64,000 nt of DNA from an uncultured Candidatus Saccharibacteria bacterium. Lineage in GTDB: Bacteria; Patescibacteriota; Minisyncoccia; Phycocordibacterales; DATDWN01. The stretch lies in NCBI GenBank assembly GCA_964426735.1, contig CAYRRP010000003.1, forward strand, positions 13,378 to 77,377. The letters are read 5' to 3'. Made by a program: the position numbers and the translations under genes. The notes below the pieces were generated by a model. It saw only the letters and a program-made list of their open reading frames with translations. It searched no databases and was not told the origin of the DNA. This document shows, one piece after another, positions 41,638 through 51,696 of this stretch. Numbering within the stretch: the stretch's first letter is position 1; every line of letters starts with the position of its first letter.

Positions 41638-42243
41638 TTACTCAAGAATTCCGTCTAAGTTGACGTCATACAATATTTCGTCCTGAACAAGACGATACGA
41701 TAGTATTTCCTCTGGTTTAAACCACAATGCAATTTCTTTTTCTGCTTCATCCACTGTACCTGATGCATGCACGAGATTTCGCACTGAGCGACTGTCTGTA
41801 TCTGAAAGTTCATATGAGTCAAGAACAAAATCCCCTCGGATTGTCCCTATATCTGAAGAAAGTGGTTCCGTTCCTCCGGTTATCTTTCGTACAATAGCAA
41901 CCGCATGAGCACCCTGCCATACAAGTGCAACAACCGGACCTGAAGACATGTATTCTTTAAGTCGACCGAGTATTCTTTGACTCGCTTCAAGAGGATCCTC
42001 TGTAGGTGGAGTTAATCCTTTTTCATGATAACTTTTAATTGTTTTTTCTCCTGCCTTACGTCTCCACTCTGGGTCAACCGTATAATGCTTTTCAACCATC
42101 TCTTCGGTCGGGATAAGCATTTTTGAACCCACAAGTTTGAGACCGATTCGTTCATATCGTTTGATAAGCTCTCCTATTAGACTACGCTGTACTCCATCTG
42201 GTTTTATTATCACCAACGTTTTTTCTTGTTTTGGATGCATCAT
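41638..42243 (-). CDS. ndk: Nucleoside-diphosphate kinase
   Basis: IIKPDGVQR, GTIRGDF, RNLVHAS. Confidence 0.96.
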   Translation of the reverse strand: MMHPKQEKTLVIIKPDGVQRSLIGELIKRYERIGLKLVGSKMLIPTEEMVEKHYTVDPEWRRKAGEKTIKSYHEKGLTPPTEDPLEASQRILGRLKEYMSSGPVVALVWQGAHAVAIVRKITGGTEPLSSDIGTIRGDFVLDSYELSDTDSRSVRNLVHASGTVDEAEKEIALWFKPEEILSYRLVQDEILYDVNLDGILE

Positions 42244-42292
42244 GAGGATTAAAGATTAAAGGATTAATGATTAAGGAATAATGCGATAAAAA

Positions 42293-43060
42293 TTAACGAG
42301 TAAGGACAATAGGTTCACCTTCAGTGATTACGACAGTATGCTCTGCATGCGCTGCCCACGATCCATCTTTTGTTTTATACGTGTACCCATCTTTTGCAAG
42401 TACTATTTTATCTCCTCCGAGAGTAAGCATTGGCTCAATCGCAATCACCATACCTGGTACTAATTTCTCACCTTGCCCCTTTTGACCCTCATTGGGAACA
42501 TACGGGTCTTCATGTACTGTATAACCCACTCCGTGGCCCGCCAGGCTCTCAGGTAGGCCATACCCGAGTGAACGAGCGTATGAGCCGATTGCATAGCTTA
42601 TATCGCCAATATGAGCCCCACCACGAGCTTCTTTAATACCCCGAGCAAGCGCCTCTTCGGTGTGAGCGATGAGCTTTCGCTCCCTCTCACCCACTTCCCC
42701 TACACCAACCGTAATCGCACTATCTGTAATCATCCCTTTATGTGTAAGCCCAAGATCGAGAGTAACCACATCTCCTTCTTTTAGAATCTGAGCATCTTCG
42801 TTTGGAATACCATGCACAATCTCATCATTGATAGAAACACATAACGCTGCTGGATACGCACGTTTTGCACCTCGTGGTGTGTAATGTAAAAATGCACCTT
42901 TATCTCCACCCTCTTTAATGAGTTCCCGGGCTTTATCTTCAAGTGTTTGTGTACTCACTCCAGGGGCTACTATTTTTCTAAGCTCACGCAAAATGAAAGC
43001 ATGACGAGCGCCACCTTCTTTGAGGATTTCTATTTCTTCTGGTTTTTTGATTCGAATCAT
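42293..43060 (-). CDS. map: Methionine aminopeptidase type I
   Basis: VHGIP, DLG, DSA, GHGVG, IEPM, AHAEHT. Confidence 0.97.
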   Translation of the reverse strand: MIRIKKPEEIEILKEGGARHAFILRELRKIVAPGVSTQTLEDKARELIKEGGDKGAFLHYTPRGAKRAYPAALCVSINDEIVHGIPNEDAQILKEGDVVTLDLGLTHKGMITDSAITVGVGEVGERERKLIAHTEEALARGIKEARGGAHIGDISYAIGSYARSLGYGLPESLAGHGVGYTVHEDPYVPNEGQKGQGEKLVPGMVIAIEPMLTLGGDKIVLAKDGYTYKTKDGSWAAHAEHTVVITEGEPIVLTR

Positions 43061-43061
43061 A

Positions 43062-43135
43062 AATATACGAATATACGAATGGGATGCTTACGAATAGATA
43101 CGAATACATTCAAACACTATTCGTTGATTCGTATG
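43062..43135. repeat. Inverted tacgaat array
   Basis: Four tacgaat then attcgt, attcgta; right arm lies inside the adk 3' end. Confidence 0.75.
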
Positions 43136-43719
43136 TTTAACTTCTCCATAATCTCTTTGTTTACCTCTTCGATCGTTTGTTCACCATTGATATCGAGCAC
43201 CCGGTATGCAGGGTTATCCCTGAAGTACTGGATTGCCGAAACAACCTCTGTATCAAACCACTCTAACCTTTTTTTGATTTCTGACAACTCATCATCAGAG
43301 CGCCCTCGCTCAAGAGCTCGTGCCATAGACCATTCATTTGATGTATTAATAATGATCACTGCAACATTTTTTCGTTTATAAAACTGTAGTGCAGTATCGA
43401 GAATCGGTGACTCGTACCGGCGTCGACAAAGACCGTCAAACACAAGATGCTCGTCTCCAGTGAAATTCTCCACCAGAAACGAAGTCCAGAGCCACACTGG
43501 CATAAATGGCGGCATAAGCCCTCCCGTCTCCATCACTTCTTTTGTCAGCCGAGCTGAATGATTATCTCGAACAATAAACTCACGAAGTTTTTGTCCAGTC
43601 TCGAGATACAAACACTCTCGCTGCGAATCATTTGTTTTCAAATACTCCATAAGAAGCTGTGCCTGGGTACCTTTCCCCGACCCCGCTCTCCCAAAAAGCA
43701 ATATGGTTTGTGGTGTCAT
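43117..43719 (-). CDS. adk: Adenylate kinase family protein
   Basis: GRAGSGKGTQA P-loop, FDG, RGRSDD; upstream of map. Confidence 0.88.
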   Translation of the reverse strand: MTPQTILLFGRAGSGKGTQAQLLMEYLKTNDSQRECLYLETGQKLREFIVRDNHSARLTKEVMETGGLMPPFMPVWLWTSFLVENFTGDEHLVFDGLCRRRYESPILDTALQFYKRKNVAVIIINTSNEWSMARALERGRSDDELSEIKKRLEWFDTEVVSAIQYFRDNPAYRVLDINGEQTIEEVNKEIMEKLNIRINE

Positions 43720-43841
43720 GAGTATAGTATAGTCGAAAGTGTAAAAAGTCGAAAGTTTGTAAGCTCAGGAAAATATAAAAAAGATCCTTCATTTTGTCCC
43801 ATACTAGTATGGGGAACGAAGGATCTTCTGATAGATCAACA

Positions 43842-44315
43842 CTAAACGATGCCCGTGAACAGACGCCAACCTGGAGCATAGAACATTGTAATATGACTTG
43901 GTATTTCTACCTTCCAACACTGCAGAATGTCGTCCCATGTGACTTCTGACCACCAATTATCTGCACAAAAGATATTGATGCCATACGTAGTTAAGGAACC
44001 AAGTTCCCCACAAGGCTGACGATTGATCAATTCCTTGATAGCACCGCACACTTCGGAAGGAGCGAGGTGTTTTATACCACCAGACACCTTGAATGCTTCT
44101 TGCATTTCATCAATCATACAGTGCTCGACTACGTTAAACTGATTGAGTTTAATCCGTGTACCGTTACGCAACGCCGTAGCCGTGCCATGCCGTTGTCTAA
44201 AATAATCCCCAACCCTCAACCCTAATCGGGTCTGATAATAGGTTTTAGGATCGTAATTCCCGGAGACGACAATTTCAATATCATCCCCTTTTTCCACTTT
44301 CCTGCTCATACTCAT
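43842..44315 (-). CDS. Orphan protein (cassette type) between secY and adk
   Basis: TTGACA-16-TATAAT, SD aggggt, terminator-like hairpins on both sides. Confidence 0.7.
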   Translation of the reverse strand: MSMSRKVEKGDDIEIVVSGNYDPKTYYQTRLGLRVGDYFRQRHGTATALRNGTRIKLNQFNVVEHCMIDEMQEAFKVSGGIKHLAPSEVCGAIKELINRQPCGELGSLTTYGINIFCADNWWSEVTWDDILQCWKVEIPSHITMFYAPGWRLFTGIV

Positions 44316-44447
44316 AACTACCCCTTTTCAAACAGTTTCCACCTAGGATTATATAGTTATATTATTACCTGTCAATAGTACCGATTACACAAAATCCCCT
44401 TTTTTGAGGGGATTTTGTGTTTTGAAAACTAGATATTATGTGGTTAC

Positions 44448-44570
44448 GAACTTTCACAATTTCTCCGAGGTCGCGGATAAAATATGGAAAGGGACCGGAG
44501 ACGTACTTACTGGTACGATGAGGACCATTTCCAGATTTTAGCCGATGAGATCGGTGAAATTTGGAAGTTC
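44448..44570. repeat. Stop-adjacent long hairpin, family B
   Basis: aggtcgcggataaa/tttagccgatgagat, gtac-ttactg-gtac; 6 nt from the secY stop. Confidence 0.8.
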
Positions 44571-44576
44571 TGTTGT

Positions 44577-45848
44577 TTAATACTCCCTAATAGAAACTTG
44601 AGCGTCGATTTTTTTGATAAGATCAATAACTACGGATACCGCAATCAAAAGCGCAGTACCTCCTACTGAAACCGCTGTAATACCAGTGAGTCCTCTGATT
44701 GCCAACGGAAGAATTGCAATCACGCCGAGGAACAATGCTCCGATAAGAGTCAGTCGAGTAAGAGTTTTCGCAATATGTTCAGAGGTTGGAGTACCTGGAC
44801 GTACACCCGGAATAAACGCTCCGTTTTTCTGAAGATTTTTTGAAATCTGATCAGGATCAAAGGTTACCGCTGTATAGAAGTATGTGAAGATAAATACAAG
44901 GAAGAAATATGCAATCGCATACACCCATGAGTTTGAGATAAATGTATTCAATGCAGTTGCAACATTTTTAATTGCAGGATAATCAACATTTGCAAGAAAC
45001 TGAGATATGATTTGTGGGAATAGCAATATTGCTGATCCAAAGATAATCGGCATAACACCAGCTTGATTCATACGAAGTGGAAGATATGTTGATGTACCAC
45101 CATATACTTTCATACCACGTACTTGTTTTGCATACGTGACCGGAATCGGACGCTCTGCTTCGGTGACCACTACCACAAGAACAACTACAACAATAGCGAT
45201 AATTGCAAAAAGTGCATAGAGTGGAAGTTGTACAGGATCAAATACATATGCAAGTTGAGAAATAGCTGTTGGAAGTTGTGACACGATACCTGCAAAAATG
45301 ATAAGTGATACACCATTTCCAATACCGTATTCAGTGATCAATTCACCAATCCACATCAGAAGCATCGATCCAGCAGTAATAACCGCGAGATTAACCATCA
45401 AATCAAACGGTGCCATTGACGCAATAACATTCTGAGATTCAAGAAGTTTAATCAAGCTAAATCCCTGAATCAGTGCAAAAGGTATTGCAAGCATACGTCC
45501 ATATTGGGCAAACTTTCGACGACCCGCATCCCCTTCTTCTTGATACATCTCTTTCAATCGTGAAGACATTACGGTAAGCAACTGCATAATGATAGATCCT
45601 GTAATATATGGACCCACACCAAGCATCACGATAGACAACTGTGAAAGACCACCTCCAGAGAACAAGTTGAGGAGTCCGAGAAATTCACTATTTGCAAACA
45701 AAGAAGTAAGTGCTGATTGATCTACACCAGGGATAGGGATAATAGCAAGAAAACGAAACACAACAAGTGCGCCAAGTGTGAACAAAATTCGTGTACGAAG
45801 AGCTTTGTCTTGTAATACGAGTCCGAATTTATAGAAAAAGTTTTTCAT
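44577..45848 (-). CDS. secY: Preprotein translocase SecY
   Basis: LGVGPYITGSII, GIGNGVSL, AGVMPIIF, IPGVRPG, GGTALLI. Confidence 0.98.
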   Translation of the reverse strand: MKNFFYKFGLVLQDKALRTRILFTLGALVVFRFLAIIPIPGVDQSALTSLFANSEFLGLLNLFSGGGLSQLSIVMLGVGPYITGSIIMQLLTVMSSRLKEMYQEEGDAGRRKFAQYGRMLAIPFALIQGFSLIKLLESQNVIASMAPFDLMVNLAVITAGSMLLMWIGELITEYGIGNGVSLIIFAGIVSQLPTAISQLAYVFDPVQLPLYALFAIIAIVVVVLVVVVTEAERPIPVTYAKQVRGMKVYGGTSTYLPLRMNQAGVMPIIFGSAILLFPQIISQFLANVDYPAIKNVATALNTFISNSWVYAIAYFFLVFIFTYFYTAVTFDPDQISKNLQKNGAFIPGVRPGTPTSEHIAKTLTRLTLIGALFLGVIAILPLAIRGLTGITAVSVGGTALLIAVSVVIDLIKKIDAQVSIREY

Positions 45849-45855
45849 GAAATTA

Positions 45856-45965
45856 ATATACGAATATGTGAATCATACGAATTTACGAATGAATACGAAT
45901 GAATGCTTTTGAATGTGCTTTATTCGTAGCTATTCGTAAGTTTTTCATTCGTATATTTCGTATAT
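45856..45965. repeat. Inverted tacgaat array
   Basis: Four tacgaat, gaatgctttt axis, four ttcgta. Confidence 0.8.
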
Positions 45966-46406
45966 CTATACTACCACTTTACCACCAATTGCCTCAATTT
46001 TAGCCTTGGCAGAAAGAGAAAGAGCGCAACCAGATACAGTAACCTTTTTAGTAATATCACCGGTTGAAAGAATCTTTACTTGAGGCTTCTTACCGTAGAT
46101 TGTTGTAATCACGCCTTTTGCAACAAGAGTTGCTGGAGTTACTTTGTCTCCATTTGAAAATGCATTTGAAATAGATTCAAGTGTAACAGGCACATATGCA
46201 CTCTGAATTGATGTGTTGATATTTACACCTCGTCCTCGAAGCTTAGGAACTCGTTTAATAAAATCTCGAAGTTCTGGTCTCTTTTTGTGACCAGCTCGTG
46301 CATTTTGACCTTTTGTTCCACGACCAGCAGTTTTAGCTTTAACACCCCCACGACCGATCTGTCGTGATTTCTTATTTTTATGTGTTCTCTTTAGTGTGTT
46401 TAACAT
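45966..46406 (-). CDS. rplO: 50S ribosomal protein L15
   Basis: GRGG...GRGTKGQNARAG. Confidence 0.95.
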   Translation of the reverse strand: MLNTLKRTHKNKKSRQIGRGGVKAKTAGRGTKGQNARAGHKKRPELRDFIKRVPKLRGRGVNINTSIQSAYVPVTLESISNAFSNGDKVTPATLVAKGVITTIYGKKPQVKILSTGDITKKVTVSGCALSLSAKAKIEAIGGKVVV

Positions 46407-46423
46407 GGCAGTGTAATTAAGTA

Positions 46424-46975
46424 TTATTTAGCTCTGAGAGTTGAGAGTGCCTTGATAGCAGCCTTTGCATTGTTTACCTTATTTTTACTTCGTGAAAAAA
46501 GTTTTGAACCAACTTCCTTTACTCCTGCAAGCTCAAGTACAGTACGCACAGATGAACCCGCGAGAATTCCCTTTCCTGGCGCTCGCATAATAGATACCTG
46601 TGATCCAGAAAACTTTGCAAACACCTCATGAGGAATTGAGTGATTCTTTGTAAGAGGAATCTTAATCATATTTTTCTTTGCATCACGTGCAGCTTTGTCG
46701 ATTGCAAGTGGAGTATCAGTTGCTTTTCCTTGTCCTACACCTACCTTACCTTTTCGATCACCTACCACAACAGCAACAGAAAAACTAAATCGTCGTCCTC
46801 CAGTTACCACTCGGGTTACACGTCGAATACTGATGATTTTTTGATCAAATTCTGGTTTAACTCGAGGTTCTCGAGAATCTCTTCGATCACGATTTGGTTT
46901 TCGTGCACCTCGCTTATCTTTTGATCCAGCATCTGCCGGAGCAGCCTGTGTATGTGATTTAATTTCTTCTGTCAT
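46424..46975 (-). CDS. rpsE: 30S ribosomal protein S5
   Basis: RRVTRVVTGGRRFSF. Confidence 0.97.
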   Translation of the reverse strand: MTEEIKSHTQAAPADAGSKDKRGARKPNRDRRDSREPRVKPEFDQKIISIRRVTRVVTGGRRFSFSVAVVVGDRKGKVGVGQGKATDTPLAIDKAARDAKKNMIKIPLTKNHSIPHEVFAKFSGSQVSIMRAPGKGILAGSSVRTVLELAGVKEVGSKLFSRSKNKVNNAKAAIKALSTLRAK

Positions 46976-46987
46976 AGTAATTATAAA

Positions 46988-47338
46988 TTAAAATACGAGT
47001 CCCCCTTCACGAGCACCATCGGCAACAGCTTTAATATTTCCTGTGTAGATAAAACCGCCTCGGTCAAACACAACAGTTTCAATATGTTTTGCTTTTGCTT
47101 TTGTAGCAATCTCACGACCAACAGCAAACGCTTTTTCAGAAAGAGTCTTACCTTTTACTGTTTTCGTATGTGCAGACACAAGAGTTATCCCTTTTGAATC
47201 ATCGATCAGTTGTGCTCCCACATGCTGATTTGATTTAAATACCGCCAATCGAGGACGAGTTTCTGTACCAGAAACCTTCGCTCTGATTCGAAGCTTTCGT
47301 CGGATTCGTTGTGCTGTTTTGGAAATTTTTGTGTTCAT
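46988..47338 (-). CDS. rplR: 50S ribosomal protein L18
   Basis: [17 protein letters not shown]. Confidence 0.97.
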   Translation of the reverse strand: MNTKISKTAQRIRRKLRIRAKVSGTETRPRLAVFKSNQHVGAQLIDDSKGITLVSAHTKTVKGKTLSEKAFAVGREIATKAKAKHIETVVFDRGGFIYTGNIKAVADGAREGGLVF

Positions 47339-47341
47339 ATG

Positions 47342-47418
47342 ATTAGTCGTTAGTCACAAGTCAGTAGTCTTTAGGAATGCATTTACTGTATTCTATTGAC
47401 TATTGACTGTTACCTATC
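47342..47418. repeat. Inverted agtc/gact heptamer array
   Basis: agtc with period ~7, aatgcatt axis, gact arm. Confidence 0.8.
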
Positions 47419-47952
47419 TTATGCTGACTTTTTACCTTGCTTACGCTTGATAACCTCCCCTTCGTATCGAAGACCTTTGCCTTTATATGGCTCTGGCTTT
47501 TTCCAATCTCGAACCATTGCAGCAAATGCTCCTACCTCTTCTGTATTTATACCAGAAATAGTAATAACATTTTTCTCAGCTGTCACCTTTAGAGATGCAG
47601 GAATATCAATATGTACTGGATGTGAGAATCCAAGAGCAAGTACAAGCTGTGTACCTTTTACTTCAGATTTGTATCCAATACCTTCAAGAATAAGTTTTTT
47701 GACGAATGGTGTATGTACACCATTGATCATATTGGTGATATGTGACCCATATGTTCCCCACAATGCTCTGTTTGCAATTGTTTCTTTTACTGGTGCGAGT
47801 GTGATTGACTCTGGAGTAATAGTAAGTGCAACTTGGTCAGAAAAATTCTTTGAGAGTGACCCTTGTGGACCCTTTACAGTGAAAAGACCTGAAGTAAATG
47901 TAACTTCTGTTCCCTTCGGTATGGTAATTATTTTTTTTCCTATACGTGACAT
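47419..47952 (-). CDS. rplF: 50S ribosomal protein L6
   Basis: MSRIGK, LGFSHP, PEPYKGKG. Confidence 0.98.
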   Translation of the reverse strand: MSRIGKKIITIPKGTEVTFTSGLFTVKGPQGSLSKNFSDQVALTITPESITLAPVKETIANRALWGTYGSHITNMINGVHTPFVKKLILEGIGYKSEVKGTQLVLALGFSHPVHIDIPASLKVTAEKNVITISGINTEEVGAFAAMVRDWKKPEPYKGKGLRYEGEVIKRKQGKKSA

Positions 47953-47961
47953 ATAATTTTT

Positions 47962-48034
47962 TTAGTCGTTAGTTTACAGTCTTTAGTCCTTAGAAATGCT
48001 TTTGTATTTCCTGTAGACTATTGACTGCTATCTT
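47962..48034. repeat. Inverted agtc/gact heptamer array
   Basis: Similar to the 47342 copy. Confidence 0.8.
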
Positions 48035-48427
48035 CTACCATAACGTACACAACGCTTCTCCTCCGACCTTTTCTTTTCGAGCAACCTCATCAGAAATCAC
48101 TCCTTTTGGAGTTGAAATCACCATGATACCATACCCATTTTTTACTGGTCTGATTTCATTTGCTTTGATGTATACTCGTTTTGAACTTTTTGAAACTCGC
48201 TTTACTCCTCGAATCTTTGGTGAACCATCTGATTCGTATGCAAGAGTTACCTCAATATACTTAATTACTTTTTTTCCTTTCTTTGTAGCACCTTTAATGA
48301 AACCTGTTTTTGCAAGTACATCAAGAATCGCCATCTTAAGTTTAGAGTATGACAACACAACAGTTTCCTTGCGGACCTGCCCTGCGTTGTATATCTCATT
48401 AATCATTGCTGCAATTGGATCTGTCAT
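48035..48427 (-). CDS. rpsH: 30S ribosomal protein S8
   Basis: MTDPIA, ISTPKG, GGEALC. Confidence 0.96.
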   Translation of the reverse strand: MTDPIAAMINEIYNAGQVRKETVVLSYSKLKMAILDVLAKTGFIKGATKKGKKVIKYIEVTLAYESDGSPKIRGVKRVSKSSKRVYIKANEIRPVKNGYGIMVISTPKGVISDEVARKEKVGGEALCTLW

Positions 48428-48469
48428 ATTATTTCGTTGGGAGTATTTCAGGCCAAGAGGGCCCAAAAC

Positions 48470-48655
48470 TTACCACGATGATTTTTTAATACCTGGGATT
48501 TTACCCTCATTGGCAAGCTCGCGGAAGCAGATACGGCAGAGATCAAAATCTCTCATATATCCATGCTTTCGACCACATCGAAAACATCGGTTTACTTTTT
48601 TAGTTGTAAACTTAGCCTTCTTTAATGATCGTGCGATTACTGATGTTTTTGCCAT
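48470..48655 (-). CDS. rpsN: 30S ribosomal protein S14, zinc-binding type Z
   Basis: CFRCGR...LCRICFRE, 61 aa. Confidence 0.96.
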   Translation of the reverse strand: MAKTSVIARSLKKAKFTTKKVNRCFRCGRKHGYMRDFDLCRICFRELANEGKIPGIKKSSW

Positions 48656-48729
48656 TGTGTGATTAATTTGCTTATGTAAAGCTTGGGTCTCATCCTAACA
48701 GGATTGAGTTCCCAAGTCAAACCTCCTTT

Positions 48730-49302
48730 TTACTTCTTTTTTGCTGCCTTAACCTTTGGATATCCTTCATCTTTTTTGAAAGGAAAACCGAGGTGAGTAA
48801 GGAATGCTTTTGTTTCAAGTGGATTTGAAATATTTGTACCCACTGTTACCGCAAGCCCGAACACATCCTTAAGTTCCTCATCTGCTGACTCAGGGAAAAT
48901 AGTGTTTTCTTTAATACCGAGAGTATAGTTACCCATTTCATCAATACCTTTTGCAGAGATACCACGGAAGTCTTTTGTTCGAGGAAGCGCGATGTTGAGG
49001 AGTCTTTCAAGAAAATCATACATTCGTTTTCCTCGGAGAGTAATCTGAATACCCACAGTATCTCCTTGTCGAACTTTAAACGCAGCAACTGACTGTTTTG
49101 CACCTTTTTTTACAGGTTTTTGACCAGTAATATCAGCAAGTCTGTTGTATGTATGCTCTATTTTTTTCTTATCTTTAAACGATCCTACTCCAGCAGAAAC
49201 AACCACCTTTGAAATTTTTGGTGCCTGCATAGCGTTCTTATAGCCAAACTCTCCTTTGAGAGCTCCGTATGCCTTTTCTACTTTGTCTTTAATGTGTTCC
49301 AT
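48730..49302 (-). CDS. rplE: 50S ribosomal protein L5
   Basis: ITGQKP, ITLRGKRMYDF, PRTKDFRG. Confidence 0.97.
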   Translation of the reverse strand: MEHIKDKVEKAYGALKGEFGYKNAMQAPKISKVVVSAGVGSFKDKKKIEHTYNRLADITGQKPVKKGAKQSVAAFKVRQGDTVGIQITLRGKRMYDFLERLLNIALPRTKDFRGISAKGIDEMGNYTLGIKENTIFPESADEELKDVFGLAVTVGTNISNPLETKAFLTHLGFPFKKDEGYPKVKAAKKK

Positions 49303-49313
49303 GTTTTTGTAAT

Positions 49314-49380
49314 AAGTCTTTAGTCATCAGTCACAAGTCTTTAGTAATGCATTCTCTGTATACTGTCGACTGATGACTGT
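49314..49380. repeat. 67-bp agtc/gact element (direct repeat downstream of rplX)
   Basis: 64/67 identical to 49699-49765. Confidence 0.9.
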
Positions 49381-49385
49381 TATCT

Positions 49386-49691
49386 TTATATCGTGTTTCC
49401 CGACTTCTGAGCCACTCGAACTTTTTTTCCATCTATAATCTTTTTTGCAATCCTTGTACCCTTACCTGTCTTCGGATCTACAAGAAGAACATTTGAAGCG
49501 TGTACCGGAAGATTCTTTTCTACAACCTGTCCTTTCTCACCACTTCGTCGAGCTCGAACGTGTACCTTTGCTATATTTATTCCTGTTACCAAGATTTTTC
49601 CTTCACGTGGAAGTACCCGAGCAATCGTACCTGTTTTGCCCTTATCTTTTCCAGTAATCACTATTACTTTGTCGTCTTTTTTTAATTTCAT
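49386..49691 (-). CDS. rplX: 50S ribosomal protein L24
   Basis: KKDDKVIVITGKDKGK, PVHASNV. Confidence 0.96.
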   Translation of the reverse strand: MKLKKDDKVIVITGKDKGKTGTIARVLPREGKILVTGINIAKVHVRARRSGEKGQVVEKNLPVHASNVLLVDPKTGKGTRIAKKIIDGKKVRVAQKSGNTI

Positions 49692-49698
49692 ATAAATT

Positions 49699-49765
49699 AA
49701 GTCTTTAGTCATGAGTCACAAGTCTTTAGTAATGCATTTCCTGTATACTGTCGACTGATGACTGT
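49699..49765. repeat. 67-bp agtc/gact element (direct repeat upstream of rplX)
   Basis: 64/67 identical to 49314-49380. Confidence 0.9.
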
Positions 49766-49771
49766 CTACTT

Positions 49772-50143
49772 CTATACCACCTCAGGTGCTAGAGAGATAA
49801 TCTTTTGATACCCCGCATCACCGATTTCTCGTGGAATTGGACCGAATACACGACCAGCTACTGGTTCTTTCTTTTCTTTTGAAACAATAACCACTGCATT
49901 TTCATCGAATCGAATATAAGATCCATCTTTTCGTCGAAATGGTGCTTTTTGTCGAACAACAACTGCGTACAATACATCTTTCTTCTTTGCACCTTTTCGT
50001 GGTTCTGCTTTTTGAACAGAGAGTACAACCATCTCACCCAATCGCGCATATCGCTTTTTTGAACTTCCAAGTACTTTGAAAATTCGCCCGATCTTTGCTC
50101 CGGTGTTATCTGCGATTTTTACAATTGATTGAGGCTGAATCAT
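49772..50143 (-). CDS. rplN: 50S ribosomal protein L14
   Basis: ADNTGAK, IRFDENA, SLAPEV. Confidence 0.98.
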   Translation of the reverse strand: MIQPQSIVKIADNTGAKIGRIFKVLGSSKKRYARLGEMVVLSVQKAEPRKGAKKKDVLYAVVVRQKAPFRRKDGSYIRFDENAVVIVSKEKKEPVAGRVFGPIPREIGDAGYQKIISLAPEVV

Positions 50144-50149
50144 ATAATT

Positions 50150-50419
50150 TTATTTAGTTACAATAACGAAATGCTTATCTTTTGAAATTGGTCGAGTTTC
50201 TTTTATCTCTACCTTGTCCCCTACCTTATGAGCATTTCCTGCGTCATGCGCTTTAAAGCGTTTACTGATCTGCATGAATTTACCATATTTTGGATGTTTT
50301 ACAAATCGGTTTACGAGTACTACCACAGTATCTTTCATTTTATCAGACACAACAACACCAGTAAGGATTCTTCCCTGTTCTGATTTCTCTGTATGTGGTT
50401 GTATTTTTTTTGTTGCCAT
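50150..50419 (-). CDS. rpsQ: 30S ribosomal protein S17
   Basis: GVVVSDKMKDT, HPKYGK, ETRPISK. Confidence 0.97.
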   Translation of the reverse strand: MATKKIQPHTEKSEQGRILTGVVVSDKMKDTVVVLVNRFVKHPKYGKFMQISKRFKAHDAGNAHKVGDKVEIKETRPISKDKHFVIVTK

Positions 50420-50424
50420 ACTAT

Positions 50425-50601
50425 TTATTTTACGTTAATTGCAGTCAAAATTCGTGCAATATCCTTTCGGATTGCATACCCTTCTTTTATATTTTTAACC
50501 TTACTACCAGCAACAGAAAAACGGAAATTTCGAAGTGCCACTCGTTTTTCACCGAGGAGAGCTTTCAATTCTTTTTCTGTTTTATTTTTAAAATCTTTCA
50601 T
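50425..50601 (-). CDS. rpmC: 50S ribosomal protein L29 (58 aa, below the ORF-track cutoff)
   Basis: Manual translation MKDFKNKTEKELKALLGEKRVALRNFRF...IRKDIARILT; between rplP and rpsQ. Confidence 0.92.
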   Translation of the reverse strand: MKDFKNKTEKELKALLGEKRVALRNFRFSVAGSKVKNIKEGYAIRKDIARILTAINVK

Positions 50602-50611
50602 AAACTCTGTA

Positions 50612-51028
50612 TTATCGTGCTACTACTTTAGATTTAATAGGAAGTTTTGTTCCTGCTTTTCGAAGTGCTTCTTTTGCAATCGCTTCAGTTACGCCATCGA
50701 TTTCGAAGATGATTCGTCCTGGAAGCACTGGTGCTACATATGCAAACAAATCTCCTTTTCCTTTACCGAGCTTTACTTCGGCTGGTTTTCGAGTGATTGG
50801 CATATCAGGGAAAATTCGAATCCATACCTTTCCTGTCTTACCCATAGCTCGTGAAAGCACTTTTCGTGCAGCTTCAATCTGATTTGATCGAATACGTGCA
50901 TCAGTTGTTGCTTTAAGTCCAAATGAACCAAACGCAAGTGTTGCGCCACGTGTCGCCGTACCAATACGAGACGTATTTCGTCTCATGGTATGCCATTTTC
51001 GATATTTTACTTTTTTAGGTAGCAACAT
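50612..51028 (-). CDS. rplP: 50S ribosomal protein L16
   Basis: MLLPKKVKYRK, QIEAAR, WIRIFPD. Confidence 0.98.
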   Translation of the reverse strand: MLLPKKVKYRKWHTMRRNTSRIGTATRGATLAFGSFGLKATTDARIRSNQIEAARKVLSRAMGKTGKVWIRIFPDMPITRKPAEVKLGKGKGDLFAYVAPVLPGRIIFEIDGVTEAIAKEALRKAGTKLPIKSKVVAR

Positions 51029-51038
51029 ATACGTTTAG

Positions 51039-51695
51039 TTATTTAGCAAAGATTTCTCCCTTATATATCCACACTTTGATACCAATCGCTCCGTATGGAA
51101 GACGTGCAGGATATGCTGCATAGTCTACATCAGCTCGAAGAGTTTGAAGTGGAATTCGACCTTTTTTCATCTTTTCCTGTCGTGCCATAGAGGCCCCTCC
51201 AAGACGACCTGAAAGTTCGATTTTAACTCCAAGCACATCTCGGTTAGCCATTACCTTTTCGATAATCTGCTTCCCTACTCGTCGGAAAGGCATACGTTTC
51301 TCAAGACCTTCTGCAATCATGTGTGCCACGATTGTTGCATTTGTTTCTGGAGATTTTACTTCTTTGATGTCGATTTTTACTTCACCACCTGATACAAGGT
51401 TTTTCTTAGCCATGAATGCCAAAATCTCATCTCGAAGTTTTGTAGCACCTTCACCTGATCGTCCGATGATAGCACCTGGTCGTGAAGTTTCAATCATAAT
51501 TCGAAGTGCTTTTTCACTTCGTTCCATTTGAATGTCAGCCACATACTGACCTCGCATTTTCTTTTCAAGAAATTCGCGAATAAGCACATCACTCTTCAAG
51601 AACTCCTTGAATTTACTTTTCACGCCAAACCATCGAGATTTCCAATCTCTGATGATTCCAAGTCTATGTGAATATGGGTGTACTGTGTGTGACAT
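51039..51695 (-). CDS. rpsC: 30S ribosomal protein S3
   Basis: VHP..RLG, SGRLGG, PLQTLRAD, GIKVWI. Confidence 0.98.
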   Translation of the reverse strand: MSHTVHPYSHRLGIIRDWKSRWFGVKSKFKEFLKSDVLIREFLEKKMRGQYVADIQMERSEKALRIMIETSRPGAIIGRSGEGATKLRDEILAFMAKKNLVSGGEVKIDIKEVKSPETNATIVAHMIAEGLEKRMPFRRVGKQIIEKVMANRDVLGVKIELSGRLGGASMARQEKMKKGRIPLQTLRADVDYAAYPARLPYGAIGIKVWIYKGEIFAK

Positions 51696-51696
51696 A

